DNA of 64,000 nt from Thermoplasmata archaeon. GTDB lineage: Archaea > Thermoplasmatota > Thermoplasmata > Lutacidiplasmatales > UBA184. Numbering within the stretch: position 1 is the stretch's first letter; every line of letters starts with the position of its first letter. Shown one piece after another: positions 47,740 to 56,533 of the stretch. The notes beneath the pieces were generated by a model, which was given only the letters and a program-made list of their open reading frames with translations, was not told the DNA's origin and did not search any database. The stretch spans positions 129-64,128 of the forward strand of contig DAHXNZ010000008.1 in NCBI GenBank assembly GCA_027365105.1. Reading direction: 5' to 3'. The position numbers and the translations under genes are program-made.

Positions 47740-50700
47740 CTACAGCATTCCGTTCCCGCTCCACATGAACCAGAGCTGGCCGGGAGCCACGGGGTTCGTG
47801 TCAATGCCCGCAGGGTTGACCCACGAGGCATACGACCCCACGCCGATCGGCTGCGTGTAGTACATGTACAGCGCCAGGTTGTTCGCGATGTGTTCCACCA
47901 GGTTGTAGTAGAGTGTCCGCTCCGCCCCGGTCGGCATGCTGGCCGCGAGCTGGTTGGCCCAGTTCATGACCGAGTACGCCGTTCCCTGGCAGTTGTTCGG
48001 GACCAGGCCAGAGTTCGCCCAGTAGACGAGGCTGGCGAAGGTCAGGGCGTTGTCGGTCGGGCAGTTGTACGAACCGCCGAACTGCTGGCCCACGAAGGTC
48101 TGGTAGAGAGCGGCCGAGTAGGTGTAGCTGCCGTTGGGGTAGTAGTAGGGGGCCATGTAATCGGTGGGGTCGGGGTAGTCGGGCAGCCACCCATCGATCG
48201 CGGAGGTGAACGCGCTGGTTCCCGGGGGCGCCGTCGAGGCCACGACGATCTGGCTGAACGTCGGCTGCCAGAGGCTCGGGCTGATCGCTCCACCCGTCAG
48301 CTTGACGATCTCCGCGTTCCAGGCCTGGATGGCGAGCGCCAAGGTCTGGGCTCCCTGCTCACCGACCATCGGGAAGGTACAGGGGCTCGCGGCGGTGCAG
48401 CTCGCCAGCTCCGGATCGTAGTACGGGTTCCCGGGGGCGTTGGTCGTGATCATCTTCCACCAGTACGCCGCGCTTCCATTCACGCTCGCGTCGAAGCTGG
48501 GATCGTGCCAGGTGTTGGTGGTCAGGTTCAGGCCGGGCCAGCTGATGTTCGTCGGGTAGTAGTTCCCCATGAACTGGGGAATCGCTCCTCCAAAGTTCAG
48601 GTCCAGGTTGATCCCGTCCACCGTGTTGAGCGAGTTCAAACTGTAGGCGTAGGGGAACGCCTGGCTGAAGAACTCACGCAGCCCGACATACGAGAAGAAG
48701 TTCCCGGGTACGTTCACCGGCAGCCCCGACTGCTGGGCGGTCTGGGTGGGATCGAACTGGTAGTAGTAGCCCATCTCGAAGGTCTCCAGTGTCGGCACCG
48801 TCAGGAGGCCCACCTTGCCCTGCTGGACGAGGTTGAGAATGGTCGGGATGTCGGTCGGGTAGAACCCGGCGACATCGGCCTGGCCGGCGATGTACTGCTC
48901 GATCCCTCCGGTGGAGGACGGCTCCCAGGCCACGTTGACATGGGCGGCGTACTTGCCTGGGGCCGGGTAGCAGTTCGGCTGGCCGGCGCAGTTGGGCTGG
49001 GCGTAGGCCGGGTTGGCCTGCAGGATGTAGCCCTCGCCCTGGTCCACGCTCTGGAGGTAGTAGGGGCCGCTGCCCACCGGGTTCCAGCGGACCGACGGCT
49101 GAGGCGCATACGGGCTGGTGGCGCCCAGCTCGATCACATTGTCATACGCCGTCGGGCTGACCGATTTGAGGTAGTTCTGGAAGGCCGATGAGTTCGTGCT
49201 CGTCGCGCCGCCGGGGAGCAGGCAGGGGCCGTCACCGTGCGCGGCGGAGGTGCCGCTGAAGCCCGGAACGCTGGCTCCCTGAGCGGTGTACCAGCCGCAC
49301 GAGACGATGGCTCCGCCGTTGGCATCGCCCACCAGCTGGAGGAAGAACGGCCAGTCCGAGCCGCTTCCGTCCGCCTTGAAGGTGATGCATCCGTGCGCCT
49401 GGGTCATCGCGGTCTGCGGGCAGAACTGGGTGTCGTTGACCAGCATCGATCCGAGGATGTTCTGGGGGGTGTTGTTCCACGGAGCGTGGAGTCCGCCGTC
49501 CCAGTTGGGGTTGCCATACGGAAGCAGCGACTGGCCGATGATCCATCCGTTGTAGACGTACTCGCTCGGAGTCTGCAGCCACAGCAGCGTCCGGGTGATC
49601 GAGAACATCACATCCGAGGGGTAGACTCCCCAGGACGCATGGGTCGCCGGGTCGTAGAAGGAGGCATTGCCGCTGATGACAAAGGTCCAGTAGAGCGGCT
49701 GGTGGTTGACGATGGTCAGGAGGCTGCTGCCGTACTCGTTGACGCACTGCTGGGTCCCGGGAACGCAGTTCGCCAGGACCGGGACGAAGCCCGCCGTGCT
49801 GGTTCCGTTGTAGTTCACCAACGTCTCGAAGACATTGTTCATGACCTCGGCCCCGACCGTCTCGTAATCGACGGCGGGATCCAGGCTGGTGGCTCCACCC
49901 GGGGCAATCTCATAGGCGTCGATTGTTCCAGGGTGAGGGCTCACCGACTGCTTGCCTTGACAGTAGGCGCAGCCCAGGCTCGTACCCGCGGCGCCCACGT
50001 AGACGGTCCAGGTGTAGTTCTGGTAGATCGTCGTGCCACTCGGGGTGGTGATCGGGCCCACGAAGGTGAGCCAGTAGACCCCTGCCGTCGAGAAGGAGTA
50101 GGTCGCGCGCGCCTGGGTCGAGGTGGCGTTGCTCGAAACCAAGGTGCCGCCGGTCGACGTGATGGAGGGAGCGCCGGCCACATATCCCGGCGCGGTCGGC
50201 AGGCTCGAGTAGGACGCGCCCACCGAGATGGGTCCCTGACCGGCTTGGATCCAAGGCCGGGCGACAGTCGTGCCCACCAAGCCGTTCGAGAAGGTCGTGG
50301 CCAGCACGGGGTACTGCCCGCTCGCGCTGTTCGCGAGCGAGGGGACGACCTGTACCGGGAAGAGGTAGCCCGGACCCTGGTGGGTGACGCCGCTCACGTT
50401 CGCCGTGGCGTACATCACGTAGACCCCGAGGCCCGAGTAGGTGTGGGTGAAGGTCGGGGAGGTTTGGGTCGTGGACGTTCCATCGCCCCAGTAGACCGTG
50501 TAGCTCGAAGCCACACCGCCGCCCGAGAGCGAAACCGTCGCCGGAAGAGACTGGCCCTGCTGGAGTTGGATCATGCTCTGCCCGTAGCCTGGCTGGTAGG
50601 CCACGAAGAGCACGACGTTGTTCAGATTGGTCGTGGAGTGGCACACCGGGCTCGTCGCGGGCTGGCAGGTGGAGACGGTATTGCTACCCTGGCCCGCCAA

Positions 50701-50841
50701 CGCTCCGATCCCAACGTACCCGACTCCGCCGACGACGACAATGACCACAATCATGACCACTGCCGCCATCGTTGTCGAGATACCCCTTCGGCCCAAGCCG
50801 CGCGGCTGCGCGGTCGGGCTCTGTTCATCTGCTGTCTGCAT
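47740..50841 (-). CDS. oversized extracellular solute-binding protein (ABC family 5, Opp/Dpp-type) with an N-terminal signal anchor and a ~350-aa N-terminal extension
   Basis: Basic N-terminus plus TM (RRGISTTMAAVVMIVVIVVVGG), then a Ser/Thr/Gly/Tyr-rich beta-like region with paired Cys. A family-5 SBP-like core follows, with many N-x-S/T sequons. Convergent with the Opp permease/ATPase operon. Start taken at 50841, the first ATG after the predicted TSS. Confidence 0.7.
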   Translation of the reverse strand: MQTADEQSPTAQPRGLGRRGISTTMAAVVMIVVIVVVGGVGYVGIGALAGQGSNTVSTCQPATSPVCHSTTNLNNVVLFVAYQPGYGQSMIQLQQGQSLPATVSLSGGGVASSYTVYWGDGTSTTQTSPTFTHTYSGLGVYVMYATANVSGVTHQGPGYLFPVQVVPSLANSASGQYPVLATTFSNGLVGTTVARPWIQAGQGPISVGASYSSLPTAPGYVAGAPSITSTGGTLVSSNATSTQARATYSFSTAGVYWLTFVGPITTPSGTTIYQNYTWTVYVGAAGTSLGCAYCQGKQSVSPHPGTIDAYEIAPGGATSLDPAVDYETVGAEVMNNVFETLVNYNGTSTAGFVPVLANCVPGTQQCVNEYGSSLLTIVNHQPLYWTFVISGNASFYDPATHASWGVYPSDVMFSITRTLLWLQTPSEYVYNGWIIGQSLLPYGNPNWDGGLHAPWNNTPQNILGSMLVNDTQFCPQTAMTQAHGCITFKADGSGSDWPFFLQLVGDANGGAIVSCGWYTAQGASVPGFSGTSAAHGDGPCLLPGGATSTNSSAFQNYLKSVSPTAYDNVIELGATSPYAPQPSVRWNPVGSGPYYLQSVDQGEGYILQANPAYAQPNCAGQPNCYPAPGKYAAHVNVAWEPSSTGGIEQYIAGQADVAGFYPTDIPTILNLVQQGKVGLLTVPTLETFEMGYYYQFDPTQTAQQSGLPVNVPGNFFSYVGLREFFSQAFPYAYSLNSLNTVDGINLDLNFGGAIPQFMGNYYPTNISWPGLNLTTNTWHDPSFDASVNGSAAYWWKMITTNAPGNPYYDPELASCTAASPCTFPMVGEQGAQTLALAIQAWNAEIVKLTGGAISPSLWQPTFSQIVVASTAPPGTSAFTSAIDGWLPDYPDPTDYMAPYYYPNGSYTYSAALYQTFVGQQFGGSYNCPTDNALTFASLVYWANSGLVPNNCQGTAYSVMNWANQLAASMPTGAERTLYYNLVEHIANNLALYMYYTQPIGVGSYASWVNPAGIDTNPVAPGQLWFMWSGNGML

Positions 50842-50888
50842 GCGTTTAGCACCCCTCTCGGGGCCTGAAAACGCCACTCAAAAGGTGG

Positions 50889-50896
50889 TATATATA
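50889..50896. promoter_or_regulatory. palindromic TATA box TATATATA shared by the divergent rpe (+) and giant SBP (-) genes
   Basis: TATATATA is flanked by AAAGGTGG on the plus strand and AAGCC on the minus strand. rpe ATG (50918) lies 22 nt downstream on plus; the first SBP ATG (50841) lies ~48 nt downstream on minus. Confidence 0.6.
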
Positions 50897-50917
50897 GGCT
50901 TACGCGACTCCCTCTTC

Positions 50918-51622
50918 ATGGCCACCCTGCCGACCCGACCAATCCGGATCGCCCCTTCGCTGCTGAGCGCCGACTTCGCCAATCTCGGAGGCGCCATCCG
51001 GGAGGCGGAGGCGGCGGGGGTCCAGGGTTTCCACCTGGATGTGATGGACGGACACTTCGTCCCGAACATCTCCTTCGGCCCGGCCCTGGTCGCGGCCGTT
51101 CGCCGCCGCACCCGGCTGCCGTTGGACATCCATCTCATGGTCGAGCGCCCCGAACGGTTCCTCGAGCCGTTCCGGCGGGCGGGGGGAACCCGGTTCACCT
51201 TCCACGTCGAGGCGACCTCCGAACCGGTGGAGCTGGCGCGATCGATCCGGGCCTTGGGGGGGGAGGCCGGCGCGGCCCTCCGGCCGGAGACCCCGATCGC
51301 CCGGGTCGGGCCTTGGATCCGGGAGGTCGACGCCCTGCTCGTGATGACGGTGAACCCGGGGTTTTCCGGGCAAAAGTTCCTGCCGGAGGGCCTTGCCAAG
51401 ATCCGGGAGGCCCGGGCGGTGTCCGATCGGGCCGGCGGTCGGGTCGACATCGGTGTCGACGGCGGGATCACGCCCGAAACGGGTCGGGATGCGGCCCGGG
51501 CCGGGGGCACGTTCTTCGTCTGCGGGAATGCGGCCTTCGAAGGGGGAGAGATTGCGGCGAACCTGGCCCGACTCCGACAGGCGATCCGCCAGGGGGTCGA
51601 GGAGCGACATGCTCTACCGTAA
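50918..51622 (+). CDS. rpe: ribulose-phosphate 3-epimerase
   Basis: RPE pattern (IAPSLLSADFANLG...HLDVMDGHFVPN...DIHLMV...VMTVNPGFSGQKF...GVDGGI). Palindromic TATATATA at 50889-50896 lies ~22 nt upstream of the ATG, so leaderless. Confidence 0.85.
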   Translation: MATLPTRPIRIAPSLLSADFANLGGAIREAEAAGVQGFHLDVMDGHFVPNISFGPALVAAVRRRTRLPLDIHLMVERPERFLEPFRRAGGTRFTFHVEATSEPVELARSIRALGGEAGAALRPETPIARVGPWIREVDALLVMTVNPGFSGQKFLPEGLAKIREARAVSDRAGGRVDIGVDGGITPETGRDAARAGGTFFVCGNAAFEGGEIAANLARLRQAIRQGVEERHALP

Positions 51623-53390
51623 CCTGGTGGCGGTCTACGAGCAGCTGGAGGGCACCCGGCAGCACTCGGATGTTCGGCAGCTCCTGACCGAGTTATTCCG
51701 GTCCGCGCCGACGAACCTTCTCCCGAGCATCCTCTACCTTTCCCAAGGGCTCCTGCGACCCGAGTTCGAGGGAGTCGAGCTGGGCGTCGGGGGGGCCCTG
51801 GCCCGCAAGGCGGTGGCGCAATCGGCCGGCGTCGACGACCACCAGGTCCATCGGGAGGTGTCCGTCTCCGGTGACCTCGGAATCACCGCGGAGCGACTGC
51901 GCTCGGGACAGCGCCGGCTCGAACCGCTCGAGCCGCTGGAGATCGAGGAGGTCTACGCGGGATTGATGGCAATCGCTGCGGCCCGAGGCAGCGGAGCGCA
52001 GGAGGAACGGCTGCGACGGCTCACCGGGCTTCTCGCCCGCGCCGGGCCGGTCGAAGCACGCTACCTGATCCGATTCGTACTGGGCAGCCTGCGCATCGGG
52101 ATCCGGGAGATGACCCTGATCGACGCCCTGGCCCATGCCTTTGGCGACGGATCGAAGGCCGCCCGGGCCCGGATTGAGAGAGCCTTCAATCTCTGCAGCG
52201 ACCTCGGATGGATCGCCGAGGAGCTGAGCCGGCATGGCCTCGACGCGCTCGATGCCGTGACGATCCAGGTCGGCCGGCCGATCCGGCCGATGCTCGCCGA
52301 ACGGGCGCGGAGCCTCTCCGAGGCGCTGCACCGGATGCACGGGACGGCCGCGCTGGAGTTCAAATACGACGGGCTTCGGGTCCAGGCCCATGTGGCCCGC
52401 GACGGCTCCGTTCGGCTCTTTTCCCGGCGGCTCGAACGGATCGAGGCCCAGTTCCCCGACCTGGTGGATGCGCTTCCGGCGGCCGTACGGCACCGGCCCG
52501 CCGTCCTGGAGGGGGAGTGTGTCCCCATCGACCCGGACACCGACGAGATCCGGCCGTTCCAGGAGATCTCCCGACGGCGGGGAAGGATCTACGACCTCGA
52601 CCGGCTCCGGTCGGAGGTCCCGGTCTGCTTCTTCCTCTTCGATCTGCTGCTCGACGGGACCGAACCGACCCTCGACCGCCCGTTCCCGGAGCGACGGGAG
52701 CGGCTCGAGGCGGCGGTGACCCCGGGCCCCTCGGTTCGCCTGGCGCGGCAGCTGAGGGTCGATTCCGCTGAACCGGCCCGGGACTTCTTCGACCTGGCCT
52801 TAGCGGAAGGAGCCGAAGGGATCATGGTGAAGTCCCTAGCCCCCGAGAGCACCTACCGGGCCGGGGCGAGGGGGTTCTGGTGGATCAAGTACAAGAAGGA
52901 GTACGCCGAAGGGCTCTCCGACTCCCTCGACGGGGTCGTGGTCGGGGCGTTCCATGGTCGGGGTCGCCGGGCGGGCCGGTTCGGGGCGTTCCTCCTCGCG
53001 TGTTACAATCCGGAACGCGACGCGTTCGAGTCGTTCTGCAAGGTGGGGACCGGCTTCGACGATGCGGCCCTCGCGGAGATGCCGCGACGCCTGGAGCCGT
53101 GGGCCAGCGACGCCCGCCCCGCGAAGGTCGATACCGGGCTCGAGCCGGATCGATGGTTCCGGCCCGGCCTCGTCCTCGAGGTCCGAGGGGCCGAACTGAC
53201 CCTGAGCCCGGTCCACCGCGCCGACTTCGGGGCGATCCGGCCCGGCAGCGGCTTCGCGCTCCGGTTCCCGCGCTTCACGGGTCGCATCCGGGAGGAAAAG
53301 GCCCCGACAGATGCCACCTCCAGCGGCGAACTGCGCCGGATGTACCGTCAGCAGGTTCGCCAGAGCCCCGCCGCCTCCGGCCCCGCCTGA
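51609..53390 (+). CDS. lig: ATP-dependent DNA ligase
   Basis: Adenylation motif I KYDGLR (EFKYDGLRVQAH), motifs III-VI (FLFDLL, EGIMVK, WIKYKKEY). Start MLYRNLV with GGAG 5 nt upstream; overlaps the rpe 3' end by 14 nt. Confidence 0.9.
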   Translation: MLYRNLVAVYEQLEGTRQHSDVRQLLTELFRSAPTNLLPSILYLSQGLLRPEFEGVELGVGGALARKAVAQSAGVDDHQVHREVSVSGDLGITAERLRSGQRRLEPLEPLEIEEVYAGLMAIAAARGSGAQEERLRRLTGLLARAGPVEARYLIRFVLGSLRIGIREMTLIDALAHAFGDGSKAARARIERAFNLCSDLGWIAEELSRHGLDALDAVTIQVGRPIRPMLAERARSLSEALHRMHGTAALEFKYDGLRVQAHVARDGSVRLFSRRLERIEAQFPDLVDALPAAVRHRPAVLEGECVPIDPDTDEIRPFQEISRRRGRIYDLDRLRSEVPVCFFLFDLLLDGTEPTLDRPFPERRERLEAAVTPGPSVRLARQLRVDSAEPARDFFDLALAEGAEGIMVKSLAPESTYRAGARGFWWIKYKKEYAEGLSDSLDGVVVGAFHGRGRRAGRFGAFLLACYNPERDAFESFCKVGTGFDDAALAEMPRRLEPWASDARPAKVDTGLEPDRWFRPGLVLEVRGAELTLSPVHRADFGAIRPGSGFALRFPRFTGRIREEKAPTDATSSGELRRMYRQQVRQSPAASGPA

Positions 53391-53472
53391 GGCTCCTCGG
53401 GTCGGCCGGGCCGGCTGCCCCTCCGCCCAAAGGCATATGAAGGCGGCCGCGCGTCCACCGATAGGGAATCCG

Positions 53473-53778
53473 ATGCTCGTCGAAATGACCGAATACCTGG
53501 GACGACAGATCTATACCCCCGACGGACGCCTCCTGGGCGAGGTGGACAACGTCGTCGTCGATGTGGACGGCGCCAAGATCGAGGGGCTCTACGTCGATGA
53601 GACAGCGGCGGTCCTCGTCGAGGAATCCCGACCCGTCAGCGTCCCCTACCGTTGGGTGAGTGCCGTGAACGATGTGATCCTGCTCAAGTACTTCCCTCAG
53701 CGCGTTTCGCTCAAGAAGGGGACGCCCCGGGCGGACGAGGAGCCCGACGCGGAACCGACGCCGACGGCCGCCCGTTAG
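53473..53778 (+). CDS. PRC-barrel domain protein
   Basis: About 100 aa with a PRC-barrel-like pattern (YLGRQIYTPDGRLLGEVDNVVVDVDGAKIEGLYV...). An alternative ATG is at 53437. Confidence 0.55.
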   Translation: MLVEMTEYLGRQIYTPDGRLLGEVDNVVVDVDGAKIEGLYVDETAAVLVEESRPVSVPYRWVSAVNDVILLKYFPQRVSLKKGTPRADEEPDAEPTPTAAR

Positions 53779-53781
53779 GGC

Positions 53782-53898
53782 GCGGGGATAGCCAAGCCGG
53801 GCAACGGCGCAGGACTTAAACGCCGGAGGTCGCCAGCGACCCCGTGCCGAGAGATCCTGTCGCGAAGGCGTTCGCCGGTTCGAATCCGGCTCCCCGCA
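53782..53898 (+). tRNA. tRNA-Leu (anticodon UAA) containing a 33-nt intron (53821-53853) at the canonical 37/38 position; CCA not encoded
   Basis: Acceptor GCGGGGA/UCCCCGC, D-arm GCCAAGCCGGGCAACGGC, anticodon stem CAGGA/UCCUG with loop CUUAAAA, long variable arm UCGCGAAGGCGUUC and T-arm GCCGG-UUCGAAU-CCGGC, discriminator A. The fold matches the archaeal tRNA-Leu consensus arm by arm. Confidence 0.85.
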
Positions 53899-53943
53899 AC
53901 GGATTCGAGCGGGTCCCGGGGGTCGCTCCGGCGCAGCGCCCGT

Positions 53944-54539
53944 TGGTCCTCCGGTTGGCGAAACTGCCCGGACTGCCGCGCCCGGACCCTTCGCTGGAAC
54001 AGGTGCCGACCCCGCCCGAACGGGCGGCGGAGCTCCTCCTCGCCGCGTGGCATCGAGGCGACATCGAAGGACGATCGGTCGCCGATCTGGGGTCCGGGAC
54101 CGGGGTCCTGGCGCTGGGAGCGGCCCTCCTGGGGGCCGGCCGGGTCGAAGGGTGGGAGGTCGATCCGACGGCGGTCGAGATCGCCCGTCAATGGGCGGTC
54201 CGGTGGACCCTGCCGGCCGAGTTCCATGCCGCCGAGGTCCGGGAGGCGAGCGGCCCGGCCGACACGGTCGTCATGAATCCCCCGTTCGGCGCCCAACGGG
54301 CCGGTGCGGACCGGGAGTTCTGGACGGCGGCGTTCCGGCTCCGGCCCCGGCGGGTCTACGCCTTCGCGCTCACCGCGTCGCGAAGCTTTATAGCTCGCAG
54401 AGCCAATGAAGCCGACGCCCGCATCGTCGATCTCCACCCGGTGCCGTGGGAGCTTCCGGCATTGTTCCCGCACCATCGGGCCCCCTCGCGGTCCCTGAAG
54501 GTCGATCTGTGGGTGCTGGAGCAGAGAGCATCCCCATGA
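53944..54539 (+). CDS. N6-adenine-type RNA methyltransferase (COG2263-like predicted RNA methylase)
   Basis: SAM motif I (VADLGSGTGVLALGAA) and NPPF catalytic motif (VMNPPFG). Start uncertain (TTG/GTG just downstream of the tRNA; 53944 TTG used). ATGA overlap with csl4. Confidence 0.6.
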
Positions 54540-55138
54540 GCGGTTCCCCCGAGTCCCCGAAGCTGGTCATTCCCGGAGAGTACCTGGGCGCCGCCGAGGA
54601 GTTTGTCCCCGGCCGCGGAACCTACGAAGATTCGGGCCGGATCTACGCGTCGATCCTGGGGATCTCCCATGTCGACCCGGCGGACCGGAGCGTCCACGTT
54701 GTCCCGCGCAACGGCATCCCCCAGATCTCGGACGGGGATCTGGTCTACGCCCGGGTCGACGAACTCAAGTCGGCGATGGCGATCTGCACGGTCCTCGCGA
54801 CGGCGGGGAGCCGTCGGCCGGTGCCCGGCGATCCCGAGGGGACCGTCCACATCTCGAAGGCGCGGGAGGGATACACCGAGTCGCTCGGGAGCGAGTTTGC
54901 GGTCGGGGACATCCTGCTGGCCCGGGTCCTCCAGTCGACCCCGTCGGTGAAACTCACGACGGCGCCCGCCAATCTGGGGGTCATCTCGGCCCGCTGCCAG
55001 GTCTGTCACGGGTTGATGGGCCGCCAGGCGGATCAGTTCGAGTGCCCGAGATGCGGCCACCGGGAGCATCGCAAGATGGCGCAGGGCCAGCCCCTCCTCC
55101 TCCTCCCGGGCGAAGCTACGCTTCATGGTGACGCGTAG
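54536..55138 (+). CDS. csl4: exosome complex RNA-binding protein Csl4
   Basis: N-terminal domain (KLVIPGEYLG), S1 domain (GDLVYARVDE...) and C-terminal zinc ribbon (CQVCHG...CPRCGH). Confidence 0.8.
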   Translation: MSGSPESPKLVIPGEYLGAAEEFVPGRGTYEDSGRIYASILGISHVDPADRSVHVVPRNGIPQISDGDLVYARVDELKSAMAICTVLATAGSRRPVPGDPEGTVHISKAREGYTESLGSEFAVGDILLARVLQSTPSVKLTTAPANLGVISARCQVCHGLMGRQADQFECPRCGHREHRKMAQGQPLLLLPGEATLHGDA

Positions 55139-56354
55139 CCCCGACGAGCGGGCCCTGGCGCGCTGGGTGCGCGCCCACAACCGTTGGCGGGGGCGGGAGG
55201 TCTTCAACCTGCTCCCGAGCGAGAACGCCGTCTCCCCCACCGCGAAGCGTTACCTGGCCAGCGACCTGGCGGGCCGCTACACGCTGCCGATCTCGACCAC
55301 CTTCCACGGCGAGGCGATCGACAACAGTTATGCCGGCACCCGCTACACCGATCGGATCGAGGAACTGGGGAACCGGGCCGCCGCCCGACTCTTCCACGGG
55401 CGGTTCGCCACGGTGCGCCCCCTCTCCGGGCACATCGCGGCGCTTTCGGCGATGGCGCCGCTGCTTCCCTCGGGATCAAAAATTCTCGCGATTCCACCGG
55501 AGCAGGGTGGGTACGACGGGTACGCCCCCGGTTTCATCCCGGCACTGTTCCAGTGGGAGGTCAAACCGCTACCGGCCGGCGGACCGGGCGGTTCCGTGCG
55601 CCTCGAACCGGCCCTGCAGATGATCCGGCAGGAGCGCCCCGACGCGGTACTGCTGGGGCAGAGCTTCTTTCTCTTTCCGTACCCGGTCCGGGAAATTGCC
55701 GAGGAAGTGCACCGGTCCGGCGGTCTTCTCTTCTACGACGCCTCCCATGTCCTCGGGCTCATCGCCGGGGGGCTCTTCCAGGATCCGATCCGGGAAGGGG
55801 CGGACCTCCTCTTCGGAAGCACGCACAAGTCGTTCTTCGGGCCCCAGGGCGGGCTCCTGGTGACCGACCGGGAGGAGCTCTTCCAGCGGATTGACCCGGC
55901 CCTGGTCTGGAGGATCTTCGACAATGCCCACTGGAACCGCATCGCGGCCCTGACCCAGACCCTGTTGGAGTTCGAACGGGTGGGGGCAGAGTACGCCCGG
56001 ACGGTCGTGGAGAGCAGCCAACGGCTCGGCCATGAGCTCTCCGATCTCGGCTGGCCGATGGTGGCCGAGGCCCAGGGGTTTTCCCGGTCCCACCAGATCC
56101 ACCTGGATCTTAGCCGGTTCCGCGAACGGTTCGGCTGCGGTCCGGGCGAACTGGCCCGAAGGCTCGAACCCCAGGGTCTGATCCTGGACCTCGTCGGCCG
56201 ACTCGGAACGGCCGAGATCAGCCGTCTCGGAGTTCTTCCCGACGAAATGGGGCGGCTGGCCCGGCTCCTCAAGTCGGGAGGGATCGACCGTCGGGACATC
56301 CGCGCCGAGGTTCGGCAGTGGCGGTCGGAGTACCCGACCCTGCGGTTCGAGTGA
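55125..56354 (+). CDS. serine hydroxymethyltransferase-like PLP-dependent enzyme
   Basis: SHMT-like N-terminus (FNLLPSENAVSP), PLP-lysine region (GSTHKSFFGPQGGLLV). Divergent from canonical GlyA, so the call is at family level only. Confidence 0.7.
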   Translation: MVTRSPDERALARWVRAHNRWRGREVFNLLPSENAVSPTAKRYLASDLAGRYTLPISTTFHGEAIDNSYAGTRYTDRIEELGNRAAARLFHGRFATVRPLSGHIAALSAMAPLLPSGSKILAIPPEQGGYDGYAPGFIPALFQWEVKPLPAGGPGGSVRLEPALQMIRQERPDAVLLGQSFFLFPYPVREIAEEVHRSGGLLFYDASHVLGLIAGGLFQDPIREGADLLFGSTHKSFFGPQGGLLVTDREELFQRIDPALVWRIFDNAHWNRIAALTQTLLEFERVGAEYARTVVESSQRLGHELSDLGWPMVAEAQGFSRSHQIHLDLSRFRERFGCGPGELARRLEPQGLILDLVGRLGTAEISRLGVLPDEMGRLARLLKSGGIDRRDIRAEVRQWRSEYPTLRFE

Positions 56355-56437
56355 CCTGGTACCGGCGACTCCCAACTCCGCCCCCCAGGGGGCACCCTGC
56401 ACGACCCCGACCCGCGTGTGACCCAGAGAACCCACGG

Positions 56438-56512
56438 GCTCAAGAAAGAAACAGAAAGAAAAAGGGGGAAGGGAAAGGGTTAGGTCGGTGGAGAGGTCCC
56501 CTCCACCGACAG
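56438..56512 (-). terminator. intrinsic archaeal terminator: 10-bp GC hairpin followed by a long U-tract, downstream of the giant surface-protein gene
   Basis: On the minus strand: GUCGGUGGAG-gggaccu-CUCCACCGAC, then CUAACCCUUUCCCUUCCCCCUUUUUCUUUCUGUUUCUUUCU. Also downstream of the convergent SHMT-like gene. Confidence 0.6.
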
Positions 56513-56533
56513 GGGCTCGCTGGCTCTACTCCC

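Noticed and set aside
47461-50868. Plus-strand ORFs of 576 and 543 aa
   Set aside because: Both are antisense to the SBP gene, whose protein sequence is coherent (signal anchor, SBP core). The plus-strand translations are low complexity.
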